IMG/VR virus record: IMGVR_UViG_3300030523_000132
Location: 1-26,658 of that record
Origin: a virus
Taxonomy: Duplodnaviria; Caudoviricetes
Direction: 5' to 3' (one strand)
DNA length: 26,658 nt
Under the pieces are notes generated by a model. It ran no database searches. It was given only the letters and a program-made list of their open reading frames with translations, and was not told the DNA's origin. Shown one piece after another: positions 8,850 to 17,512 of the stretch (position 1 is the first letter of the stretch; each line of letters begins with the position of its first letter). A program made the translations under genes and the position numbers.

Positions 8850-11800
8850 TTAGATCGGCCGCCCGAACCCGTGCGAGCGGAACGGATCCGGCGCGACGGG
8901 GGCAGGGCGGGTGATGCGGGACGCGACCGTGCGGGTCGCGTCCCGGGTGGCGGTCTCGACGACGAGTTGCTGATCGCCGCGCACGTTGGCTTTCCGAAGC
9001 TCCGCGATGGTCTGCTCGTCCTGGGCGACCTTCTCCTCGAGGTAGCGGACCATCCTCGCCAGCGCGTCGTTCTGCGGGCCGAACGACGCGCTGGTCGTCC
9101 CGTAGCTCGCGGCCTGGCCGGGCGTGACCCGGGAGACCAGGCCGAAGCGGCCATGCACGAGGCCGGACGCAAGGTGCGCCCGGAGGTAGCCCTGCTGCGT
9201 CCCCGTAGACACCGCGTCCGTCAGGGACTGGCCCAGCGCCTTCGCCAGGGTGTCGGCTTGGCTGGCGCTGCCGGTGCGGAGCAACTCGTACTGTCGATCG
9301 AGACCGACGATGCGCGCGATGTCCCCGGGGACGGCCCCACGGTTGAACCGCTTGTCGTGGCGTTCCTGGGACTGCGCCCCGACGAGCGCGGTGTGCAGGC
9401 GCCCCAGGGCCGCCGTGTGGTCCACCCGCTGCTGGTGGGCCACCGTGTGCGCCTTCGTCGTCGCCGCGTGGTGCGCCGCGTGTTGCGCTTGCGTGGCGGC
9501 TTGGAGGTGCTGGCGCTGGTCGTAGGCCTTGAGATCGTCCGTGTAGCGCAACGCCCGATCCGTGAGGTGCCCCGCCCGCTCGTCCTTCGAGATGGCCGCG
9601 ATGTCGGAGAGGATCCTTGTCTCCGGCAGGAGCCCCTGCCGGAACAGCGCCAGATCCGCCTGGTACCGGTTGGTGTCGGTGGTCTCATCCGCCGCGTAGT
9701 CGTGGCCACCCACGACGCCGCGCTTGCCGTGTCTGCCGGGCCGGTGCTCCGCATGGTAAATCGCCGCGTTCATCGCCTGCGTCAGCGCGTACGTCGTGTC
9801 CGTGAGGTGGCCCTTGCGCTCGGTGCGTCCGATGGTGGCGATGTCGTCGCGGAGCGTGCGCTGCATCGCCGCGTTGAGCGGGTTGGTCCCGAAGCGAGAT
9901 CGGTCGCCCTGGTACCGCACCTTCTCACGGGCCAGGTCCACGTTGTAGTCGTGGCCGCCGACCACGCCCTTCTTGGACTTGTTGAGGGAGCGGATGAACG
10001 CCTCCGTCGCTGCCGAGAGGTGACCGCGCGGCGTCTTGTCTCCGCGCCCCATGAGCCCATCCTTGCTCGAAGACGGAGTGGACGCCTTGGTGAGGGCGAG
10101 CGTCAGCGCGTCGAGGGACGTGGTGAGCGCCGTCTTGCCCGTGCCCACCAGGTGGTGGTGGACGACGGTGTGGTGATGGGAAGATCCAGCGCCAGCGCTC
10201 GGGTCCGCGCCCGCCGCGACGACGGCCTGGATGGCCTGGTGCACGCCGGGGATCTTCCCAACGAGGGACAGGAGCTTCCCGAAGAACCCGAGCAAGCCCT
10301 GGATCTGCTGCGACACCCAATGCAGCGCGTCACCGAGGACGCTGCGCAGCGTCCCGGTGATCGTGCTGATCGCCGGTCCGAACGTGGAGCCGAGGAAGCC
10401 CGCGACCTTGCCGAGCCATCCCCAGAGGGTGCTCATGGCCGGAACGAGGATCTTGGTGACCGAGTTCTCGGCCAGGTGGAACGCCCACACCGCCACGGCC
10501 CACTCGACCTTCCATGCACCCCCGAGGAACCCCGCGACGAGACGGAGCGCCCCGGTGAGCGGCCCCTTGAGGGCACCGCCGACCGTGCCGATCACCGAGG
10601 CCACCGGGCCGGACAGGAACGACCACACCGCGTGGAACGCCGGGACCACGACGCCAGAGATCAGCGCCGACACGCCTTGGAACGCGCTGGTGAGAGGGCC
10701 CTTCAGCACGCCCCACAGCCCGTTCACCGCGTTGTGGAACCAGCCGACCTTCTCGTACGCGATCACCGCGATCGCGATGAGGCCAACGATGGCCGTGATG
10801 ACGAGCCCAACGGGGTTCGCCGCCATGGCGAGGTTGAGCGCGATCTGCGCGTCCCTCCACGCCGTGATGATGCCGACGATGATCCCCACCGTGCGGAACG
10901 CCGCCACCATCGGAACGACCACGGCGGCCACGTATAGCATGGCCTTCGCGACGGTGCCGATGGTCCTGGCGTGATCGTGCAGGAACCGCGTGACGGTGCC
11001 GATGGTGCGCTGCCACGACGCCATGTGCGCGGAGACGAACGCGATCGCCTTTCCGAGAACACCGTTGAACGCCGTCGCCACCTGCGTGGCCGCGGGGAGC
11101 AACGCCGTCCCGAGACGGATCCCGAGCACCTCCACCTGCCTCTTCGCACGCTCGAGCTGGAACGCGAGGGTGGTCTGGGTCGCACCAAACGCCTTGATCG
11201 TCGGCGTGATCCGTCCCGTGATCGTCCCGTGCAGGCTGGTCAGGATGGTGCCGTAGTCCTTGGCGCCCGTGCCGGTCAGGGCCATCGCGCCCTGGCCACC
11301 ACGCAGCGCGGGGATCAGCTGGAAGATCTCCGCGACGTTGCCGTGGGTCGCGATGGCGAGGTCGTGGAGGACGCCCGTGAGGCCTTTTGCCTTCAGGCCG
11401 GCGGGGGTAAAGTCGGCCAGCAGGTCGATGCCGGACGACTGCGACAGGCGCGCCAACTCCACGCGGGCTGCCTTCGCCGGGTTGATGATCTTGCTCATCA
11501 TGCCGACGATGTTGGTCGCGGCCGTGGCGGGGTCCTGACCGTGGCGGGTCAGAGCGGCGTACGCGGCCGCGACCTGGTCCACCGGGACGTGCAGGTTGGC
11601 CGCGATGCCGATGGCCTTGCCGCCCTGCTCCACGAACTGCTCCAGGGTCATGTTGCCCTGCGCCGCCGCGTAGTGCAACGTGTCCATGACGCGCGCCGCC
11701 TGGCCGGCGGGGATGTTGTACTCGTGCATGACGTTGCCGAGGGTTTGGAACACGTCGCTCGCGTTGGCGCCCGTGGACACCGCGCTCTTGATGGCGGCGT

Positions 11801-12764
11801 TGGCGATCTTCGTGGCGTCGGCCATGGAGTAGCCGTAGTTCGTGACGTGCTGGTAGCCCTGGGCGATGCTGTCCGTGGACGCTCCGCTGTACGCAGCGAG
11901 GTCGAGGACGTGGCCGCGCATGCTGGCCAGGTCGGCGTTGGTCATCGTGGTGTTGTTGGCGACCGACTGCGTCATGCTCTGGAAATGCTGGGCGAGCACA
12001 AGGGGAGCAGCGACGACGCCGGCGGCGATGGCCCCACCCATGAGGACGGCACCAGCGCTGGGGATCATCGAGCGGCGCGAGGACGTGATCGCGTCCTGCT
12101 CGGCGGTGGAGCGACGGATGGCCGCGTCCTTCTCGGCACCGGAACGACGGATGGCCGCGACTTGCTCCGCGCCTCCGATGCGGGTGGCCTCGGTCGCCAG
12201 GGCAGCCGAACGACGGATGGCGTTGGCCTGCTCGGTCGCACCGATGCGGGTGGCCTCCAGTTCCTGCGCGGCGGCCAGGCGAACGATACGGATCTGCTCG
12301 CTGGTGGCTGCTCCGATGGCCTCGGTCTGCCGCGCCACTCCCCTCCGGACCTCGAGGATCTGGGCGCGGACCGTGGCCTGCGTGGCCCTGCTCTCCCCGA
12401 CGCCCGCCTGACGCCAGACCTCGGTAAGCCTGGCGGCCTCGACGCGCGCCGCCGTGACCTGCGCCCGTCCGGCCTGGGCGAGCGCTTCCGTGTCCCGCGC
12501 CGCGCCCTCACGGATCGCCAGCGTCCGGGCACGCGCGCCCTCGGCCGTGGCCGTGGTGTTCTTGGCCGCGCCTTCACCGATCGCCAGCGTCTGGGCGCGC
12601 GCGCCCTCACGGGCGGCCGCGATGGCCTGGGCCTGCTGCATGCGGGAGTCCGAGAGCTGCGATGCAGCGGCCGCGTGCAGCGACGCCCCGGACGAGGCGA
12701 GCCCGGCCTGGGTGAGGTTGCGCGCGCGGATCGCGAGGTACAGGTTGCTCGTCAGGTCCGACAC
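8850..12764 (-). CDS. Tail tape measure protein, TP901-like core (1304 aa)
   Basis: Ala-rich helical protein. Core FQSMTQSVANN...DLAAYSGASTDSIAQG, motif ALNLAMAANPVGLVITAIVGLIA, Trp-periodic amphipathic repeats. Follows the chaperone genes. Confidence 0.93.
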   Translation of the reverse strand: MSDLTSNLYLAIRARNLTQAGLASSGASLHAAAASQLSDSRMQQAQAIAAAREGARAQTLAIGEGAAKNTTATAEGARARTLAIREGAARDTEALAQAGRAQVTAARVEAARLTEVWRQAGVGESRATQATVRAQILEVRRGVARQTEAIGAATSEQIRIVRLAAAQELEATRIGATEQANAIRRSAALATEATRIGGAEQVAAIRRSGAEKDAAIRRSTAEQDAITSSRRSMIPSAGAVLMGGAIAAGVVAAPLVLAQHFQSMTQSVANNTTMTNADLASMRGHVLDLAAYSGASTDSIAQGYQHVTNYGYSMADATKIANAAIKSAVSTGANASDVFQTLGNVMHEYNIPAGQAARVMDTLHYAAAQGNMTLEQFVEQGGKAIGIAANLHVPVDQVAAAYAALTRHGQDPATAATNIVGMMSKIINPAKAARVELARLSQSSGIDLLADFTPAGLKAKGLTGVLHDLAIATHGNVAEIFQLIPALRGGQGAMALTGTGAKDYGTILTSLHGTITGRITPTIKAFGATQTTLAFQLERAKRQVEVLGIRLGTALLPAATQVATAFNGVLGKAIAFVSAHMASWQRTIGTVTRFLHDHARTIGTVAKAMLYVAAVVVPMVAAFRTVGIIVGIITAWRDAQIALNLAMAANPVGLVITAIVGLIAIAVIAYEKVGWFHNAVNGLWGVLKGPLTSAFQGVSALISGVVVPAFHAVWSFLSGPVASVIGTVGGALKGPLTGALRLVAGFLGGAWKVEWAVAVWAFHLAENSVTKILVPAMSTLWGWLGKVAGFLGSTFGPAISTITGTLRSVLGDALHWVSQQIQGLLGFFGKLLSLVGKIPGVHQAIQAVVAAGADPSAGAGSSHHHTVVHHHLVGTGKTALTTSLDALTLALTKASTPSSSKDGLMGRGDKTPRGHLSAATEAFIRSLNKSKKGVVGGHDYNVDLAREKVRYQGDRSRFGTNPLNAAMQRTLRDDIATIGRTERKGHLTDTTYALTQAMNAAIYHAEHRPGRHGKRGVVGGHDYAADETTDTNRYQADLALFRQGLLPETRILSDIAAISKDERAGHLTDRALRYTDDLKAYDQRQHLQAATQAQHAAHHAATTKAHTVAHQQRVDHTAALGRLHTALVGAQSQERHDKRFNRGAVPGDIARIVGLDRQYELLRTGSASQADTLAKALGQSLTDAVSTGTQQGYLRAHLASGLVHGRFGLVSRVTPGQAASYGTTSASFGPQNDALARMVRYLEEKVAQDEQTIAELRKANVRGDQQLVVETATRDATRTVASRITRPAPVAPDPFRSHGFGRPI

Positions 12765-12767
12765 GTG

Positions 12768-13001
12768 TTAGCCCTCCCCGTCCTCGTCGCCGCCCATGGC
12801 GGCCGCCCGGCGCTCGTCGATCAACGCTTTGAACGCCAGGACGCGATCGAGCCGTCCGGGGTGCTCCCGTTCGGCCCGGTCGATCTCGTCGAACGTCCAG
12901 CGCGCCTGGAAGACCAACACGTAGTCCAGCGCGGTCTCACGCGCCAGGCGCCCCGTCTGCCTTGGCAGCGCTCCGTGCGCCAGCAGCCTTAGCTGGTGCA
13001 T
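12768..13001 (-). CDS. Tail assembly chaperone downstream ORF (T-like), possibly reached by frameshift
   Basis: Overlaps the chaperone ORF in the +1 frame and ends 3 nt before the tape measure start. WTFDEID motif. Confidence 0.65.
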   Translation of the reverse strand: MHQLRLLAHGALPRQTGRLARETALDYVLVFQARWTFDEIDRAEREHPGRLDRVLAFKALIDERRAAAMGGDEDGEG

Positions 13002-13464
13002 GAAACGTGGCCCCTTGCGGCGTGCCCTCGTTGGTCACGCTCTGCGCCAGCACGAAGTCCCCGAGGCCGTGGGCCTCGAAGTCCGCCTCCAAGGGCTGGA
13101 GGTAGTGCACGGGCAGGTCCGCGATGGCCTCGGACGTGACGGGCACGATGTCGCCCGGCTGTCCGGCGGCTTCCTGCTCCTCCGTCGGGGTGTCTCGGAG
13201 GGTCCAGGAGACGATGTACTCCTCCAGGATGGCCCGAGAGAACGCCGAGGGATCGCCCTTGTACTCCCCCGCCACGCGGAGCCGTTCGGTCTCGTCCATC
13301 GACAGGAGCTTGGCGCGCACGTCGTTGGGGATCGGGTTGGCGGCTTCCTGCGCGCGGCTGAACATGGCTCCCGTGACGCGTGGGCGCACGGTCACGCTCT
13401 CGCCCTCGTCCCACGACGGGTGGGTGATGACGCGGGTGGTGGCTCGACGGTTGAACGCTGGCAT
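12937..13464 (-). CDS. Tail assembly chaperone (G-like, 175 aa)
   Basis: Between major tail and tape measure. ATG 13464 behind GGGAG. Motif IVSWTLRD...VPVTSEAIADLP. Confidence 0.8.
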   Translation of the reverse strand: MPAFNRRATTRVITHPSWDEGESVTVRPRVTGAMFSRAQEAANPIPNDVRAKLLSMDETERLRVAGEYKGDPSAFSRAILEEYIVSWTLRDTPTEEQEAAGQPGDIVPVTSEAIADLPVHYLQPLEADFEAHGLGDFVLAQSVTNEGTPQGATFHAPAKAAGARSAAKADGAPGA

Positions 13465-13505
13465 GCGATGATCTCCCAGGGAAAGCCGCTCCGACGCGGC
13501 ACGCT

Positions 13506-13532
13506 GGAGGGCGGCGAAACGCGCCGCCCTCC
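13506..13532 (-). terminator. Hairpin after major tail gene
   Basis: GGAGGGCGGCG-N5-CGCCGCCCTCC, 11-bp stem just past the stop at 13538. No long U tract. Confidence 0.55.
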
Positions 13533-13537
13533 GTGGA

Positions 13538-14839
13538 TCAGACCGTGGTGTAGACCGTCGCATCGCTGTTCACGACCGTGAGGGTCAGCGGCGGCGAGGC
13601 GAAGCTGTGATCGGTCTCGAAGTCGAAGTCCTCGACGACGCTGGCACCCGATGGGTTCTTCCAGGTGTGCTTCGGGTAGAACGCGCCGGGGATGCCGAGG
13701 ACGATGCTGCGCGCCGTCGTGAGGCCCATGCCGAACCCGAGCACGCCCGGCTGCTGCGCGGCCGCACGGAACAGGTTGTACTCGTCGCGGTTGGCAAAAA
13801 CCTTCGTGAATTTCCCCTTGATGTCCGCCTCCGCCACCGTGAGATAGGTCGGGAAGCCGGCGCCGCCCGCGCCCCGGAACTCGTCGATGGTGAAGTCCAC
13901 GTCCACCTCGATGTCGTCGATGTCCTGCGACGTGTTCGACGCGAGGTTGAGGAGCCGGACCGGCTGGAGATCGGCGGGCCCGTAGGTGTAGTCCCGCGTG
14001 TAGGTCGGGGTGAGCGGCGCCGCGTCCGTCGGGCGCTTCAGCCCCACGAAGTCCACCTCGTACTCGGCGACCTTCTTGCTGCTGGCGGTGAGCTTGAGGG
14101 TCTTGGCGATCTGCCCCGCGTACAGCTCGCACTGCCCGGCGCGCTGGATGTAGATGGAGACGTACTTGGGGATCGTGATCGTGCCCGCGTGGGTGTAGGG
14201 CGCGGCGGTCGTGGTGTTGGTCGTCGGGAGCGCGCCCGCAGGAACGGCCGCGCCGGTGTCGACGTACGACGTGCCCGCGACACCGCTCGCCAGGAGCAGC
14301 TCGCCGCCGGACGTGCGGCCGTACACGTTGTAGGACGCGGCTCCGGACACCGCTCCCCAGTTGATGGTGTTGGCGCTGGTGCTGCCCGTCGTCACGACGG
14401 TGACCTCCGCCGAGGGCAGCGTCGTCCCGGTCGTGCCGTTGGCCGCGACGCGGTAGCCGAACGTTCCGGCCACGAGCGTGCCACCGGTCGTGGCCGTCGT
14501 CACGCTGGAGATCGTCGGGGTGGCGAGGGGGCCCGACGCCGTCACGGCGTCCTTGAACCCGCAGAGGAACAGCAACTGCTGGCACTGGATGTCGGTCAGC
14601 GGGCCGCGCAGCTTGACGCTCACCGAGGCGTCCTTGTCGGTCACGCGGCGCTTGTTGAAGATCGAGCCGGCGGCCAGCTTCTCGGTGGAACGCTTGGGGT
14701 CGAACGCGCCCTCGACGCCATCGGGGTCGAAATCGATGAAAAACGAGGCAGGAACGGCGACACCCGGCGTGGTCTCGATGCCGATGCCGACGACGACCTG
14801 CGAGCCGCTCGCGGTGGGAAAGTTGGAGGTGGTGGGCAT
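13538..14839 (-). CDS. Major tail (tube) protein with internal Ig/FN3-like insertion
   Basis: N-terminal VGIGIETTPGVAVPA typical of tube proteins, position before chaperones, insert YRVAA...INWGAVSGAASYNVYGR...SYVDTG. Confidence 0.8.
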   Translation of the reverse strand: MPTTSNFPTASGSQVVVGIGIETTPGVAVPASFFIDFDPDGVEGAFDPKRSTEKLAAGSIFNKRRVTDKDASVSVKLRGPLTDIQCQQLLFLCGFKDAVTASGPLATPTISSVTTATTGGTLVAGTFGYRVAANGTTGTTLPSAEVTVVTTGSTSANTINWGAVSGAASYNVYGRTSGGELLLASGVAGTSYVDTGAAVPAGALPTTNTTTAAPYTHAGTITIPKYVSIYIQRAGQCELYAGQIAKTLKLTASSKKVAEYEVDFVGLKRPTDAAPLTPTYTRDYTYGPADLQPVRLLNLASNTSQDIDDIEVDVDFTIDEFRGAGGAGFPTYLTVAEADIKGKFTKVFANRDEYNLFRAAAQQPGVLGFGMGLTTARSIVLGIPGAFYPKHTWKNPSGASVVEDFDFETDHSFASPPLTLTVVNSDATVYTTV

Positions 14840-14912
14840 GTGCTATCTCCTGTCGGCCCCGATGGAACGGGAGCCGCGATGGTGTCGGGTGGCGTCGTCG
14901 CGCGCTACGTCA

Positions 14913-15446
14913 TCAGGAGACGACGTAGATCGGGTTCTCCAGGACGTAGATGACGGCCTTCCAGCCCATCCGTTCCTTGCTCCGGTAGGTGATCCAGGGC
15001 CCTTCCTCGCCGTACATCATGGTGACGTGGAACCCGGCGCTCATGGCCTGCGGGGTGACCCCATCGGACGCGTAGAGCTTCTGGGTTTTCTGCACCCGGA
15101 AGACGGCTTGCAGGTGATCTCCGCGCTGGAACATCTCCAGCGCGGCGGTGTTGGTGGGGACGCCTCGCGTGCTGGCCATCTGCTCCAGGTAGGTGGCGGA
15201 GTAGAGGTTCGGTGGCGCGGCGCCCGACCCGGTGGAGAAGTTGCCGCGCTGGCCACCGTTCTGGATCTCCTCGTCACGGTAGACGTTGAGGATGAGGCAG
15301 GGAAACACCATGGTCGCATCGTCCTCCGGGCCCGCGTACACGGTGACGGAGGCGAGGCCAGCGGCGGCCGCGTAGGCGTTCATCGCGGACGAGATCGCGC
15401 CTTGGAGCGCCAGAAGCGTCGCGTGGGTCTTGAGGAACGGCGTCAC
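14913..15446 (-). CDS. Probable tail terminator protein
   Basis: 177 aa immediately before the major tail gene. VYAGP...FPCLIL motif. GTGA overlap with the upstream gene. Confidence 0.55.
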   Translation of the reverse strand: MTPFLKTHATLLALQGAISSAMNAYAAAAGLASVTVYAGPEDDATMVFPCLILNVYRDEEIQNGGQRGNFSTGSGAAPPNLYSATYLEQMASTRGVPTNTAALEMFQRGDHLQAVFRVQKTQKLYASDGVTPQAMSAGFHVTMMYGEEGPWITYRSKERMGWKAVIYVLENPIYVVS

Positions 15447-15976
15447 GGCATCCCTCCTCCTCCCCCGGCTAGCCCGGCTTTGTCGATGGAGACGGCGAGC
15501 TTCTCGGCTTCGAGGGCGAGGAGCCCGTGGAACGCGGCCACGATCAGCTCGGGCTGCCGATCGAGCAGGTCCACCATCCGCGCGTTGGCGGTCGTGCCCG
15601 GATGCTCCACGACCCGGGCGAACATCGGCTGCCCCGCCGCGACCCAGGAGAGAACCGAGCCGAAGCGCGGGCGGATCTCGTGCGGCGCGGTGTTGGCCAG
15701 GAGGAACGGGACGGAGGGCGCATCGTTGCCGACCGTCGCCCCGTCCTCGCTGGGCTGGGCCGTCCAGGAGTCCGCCGCGTGGGCCATGGTGTCACCGTTG
15801 GCGTCCTGGCGGTCGTCGCCGCGCGGGGTAACGGCCGCTAGCTCTTCCGCGACCCGCTTCGCCTCGGACAGAGCCAGGGCACGGACCTTCGCTTCCATGC
15901 CGAGCGCGGCGCGCGCCATGACGTCCGCCGCGCCCCCGAAGCCCACCGGGTCGATCACCAAGGCAACGTCGCTCAC
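15443..15976 (-). CDS. HK97 gp10-like tail-completion/neck protein (177 aa)
   Basis: GTG 15976 overlaps the upstream stop. Motif VGNDAP...TAPHEIRP...FARVVEHPGT. Confidence 0.7.
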   Translation of the reverse strand: MSDVALVIDPVGFGGAADVMARAALGMEAKVRALALSEAKRVAEELAAVTPRGDDRQDANGDTMAHAADSWTAQPSEDGATVGNDAPSVPFLLANTAPHEIRPRFGSVLSWVAAGQPMFARVVEHPGTTANARMVDLLDRQPELIVAAFHGLLALEAEKLAVSIDKAGLAGGGGGMP

Positions 15977-16296
15977 GTGTCCGCTCCCTTCAACACGATC
16001 TCCAGCAGGGGGAGCGGCGACGGCTTGGCGTGGACCGTCATGATCTCGGCGGTGAACGGCTCCGGAAGCGCCGGAACTCCGTCGAACGACACGACGGTCA
16101 CCAGGTCCCCCTGGTGCCAGGCAGACGACGGAGTGTCGTAGAAACGCGCGGTGATGATCTGACCTTCCGGACCGAGCGCGTCCTGCGGCGTTGGCCATAT
16201 CCATTGGACGCGACGTACCGCGTAGCCCGTGGCGATGATCGCCGCTGGGTTGCCGCGGGTGCCCTTGATGGTGGCGTTGAGGAAGACCAGCATCAT
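15973..16296 (-). CDS. Probable head-closure protein
   Basis: 107 aa after the head-tail adaptor, with GGAGG RBS. Function from position only. Confidence 0.5.
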   Translation of the reverse strand: MMLVFLNATIKGTRGNPAAIIATGYAVRRVQWIWPTPQDALGPEGQIITARFYDTPSSAWHQGDLVTVVSFDGVPALPEPFTAEIMTVHAKPSPLPLLEIVLKGADT

Positions 16297-16340
16297 CGCC
16301 CCGTCCTCCCTCCCCGTCCTTGTGCCGCGGCCCGGCGAAA

Positions 16341-17135
16341 TCAGATGATGGTGATCAAGGTCCGGCGCACGTGCCGCTCGAGCTTACCGGCTGCCTGCTG
16401 CGCGAGGAGACCGCCGTAGCCCATCGGGTTGAGTTCGAAGCGTGGGGGCGGGCGACGGTAGACGACCTCCTGGTCGGCGCTCTTGATGCGCTCCACGTCT
16501 CCCGCCCGCGTGTTGGTGGGATCCGCGTTTTGCGTCGCCTCGTAGGCGAGCCGCTCGCGCACCAGCAACAGCGCCGCCTGGCGGATGTCGTTGGGGAGCG
16601 GTGGCGCTCCGTAGGAAACGCCGCCCGGCAACGTCGGATCCGAGACGCCCGTGGCGTACCCCGCCGCGTAGGTCGCGGTGTACCCCGTGGCGTACAGGCC
16701 ATCGCTCATCGGCGCGTAGCCGAAGCCGATGCTGCCTCCCAGGAGCGCCTCGACCGCGCCGGGGGACAAGGCATAGACCTGGGCGGTCGTGTGATTCATT
16801 GTCACGAAGTCGAGGCCCACGTTCGTGGGGATCTGCGAGGCCAGCGCGTAGGTGAGCTGCAACGAGGAGAAGATAGTCGAGGCTGGTCCGGGCACGAGCG
16901 GCGCGTGTTGGAGCTGGAGGTAGTACCGGCCGCGATACACACCCGTCGTGTTGTAGCGGGCGATGCCTTCCTCCGTGTGCACCTGCAACGTCGGGTCGTA
17001 GTTCAAGTAGCTGGCGATCTCGTCCTGGACCGCCTGGAACACGCCGCCCAGGTACGCATCGCCGTATGCGGTCGCGTCGAGCACGTCGGTGCGGTTGGTG
17101 AGCGCCGCGAAGGTGGGACGGTCGAGCAATGCCAT
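16341..17135 (-). CDS. Head-tail adaptor/connector (gp6/gp15-like, 264 aa)
   Basis: YTATYAAGY...LPNDIRQAALLLV motif. Strong (GAG)n RBS. Lies after the capsid gene. Confidence 0.75.
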   Translation of the reverse strand: MALLDRPTFAALTNRTDVLDATAYGDAYLGGVFQAVQDEIASYLNYDPTLQVHTEEGIARYNTTGVYRGRYYLQLQHAPLVPGPASTIFSSLQLTYALASQIPTNVGLDFVTMNHTTAQVYALSPGAVEALLGGSIGFGYAPMSDGLYATGYTATYAAGYATGVSDPTLPGGVSYGAPPLPNDIRQAALLLVRERLAYEATQNADPTNTRAGDVERIKSADQEVVYRRPPPRFELNPMGYGGLLAQQAAGKLERHVRRTLITII

Positions 17136-17180
17136 CAGCGCGTCCTCCTCCTCCTCCTCTGAAGCCAGCCACGAAGGGCG

Positions 17181-17399
17181 CTACACAGCACGCCATGCCG
17201 TCCCATGGGGATCCTCTTTGCCCTCGTCGGAGGGGTCGTCGTCCAGCATCGGGAGGACGATGCCCTCATCCTGGAGGTCGTCGGCGTCTTTGTAGGCGAC
17301 GTAAAACATGGAGCGCGGCGGTTGGTCGGTGTCGAGCACCGTCCCCGCCGCGAGGAACACGCCGCGCACCTTCGCCGGACGGAGCAAGCGGTAGCGCAC
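17181..17399 (-). CDS. Small hypothetical protein after capsid (72 aa)
   Basis: GTG 17399 behind GAGGAGG (VRYRLLRPAKV...). The longer ORF call runs through the homopolymer hairpin. Confidence 0.65.
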   Translation of the reverse strand: MRYRLLRPAKVRGVFLAAGTVLDTDQPPRSMFYVAYKDADDLQDEGIVLPMLDDDPSDEGKEDPHGTAWRAV

Positions 17400-17457
17400 G
17401 GAAGCCTCCTCGGGTGACCACGGAACCCCAACGAAGAACCAAGAGATCGCGATGGGA

Positions 17458-17499
17458 CCGGCGGGGGGGGGGGGCCCCCCCCCCCCCCCCCACCGCCGG
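17458..17499 (-). terminator. Hairpin after major capsid gene, read as G12/C17 runs
   Basis: CCGGCGG...CCGCCGG flanks enclose G12 (17463-17474) and C17 (17475-17491). T-rich sequence follows on the minus strand. Confidence 0.55.
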
Positions 17500-17512
17500 A
17501 TCACCGAGCCTC

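Noticed and set aside
8871-12992. Long plus-strand ORFs (688 and 673 aa) and other antisense ORFs across the window
   Set aside because: They mirror well-supported minus-strand genes and have no recognisable domains.
13538-16296. Contractile tail, tailocin or gene transfer agent interpretation
   Set aside because: No sheath or baseplate wedge genes, and full head and packaging genes are present. GTA status cannot be judged from this window.
17144-17159. (GAG)n microsatellite
   Set aside because: Explained as an extended Shine-Dalgarno for the adaptor gene.
17181-17504. N-terminal poly-Gly/poly-Pro extension of the small post-capsid gene
   Set aside because: It comes from the homopolymer hairpin. 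A better GTG start with RBS lies at 17399.
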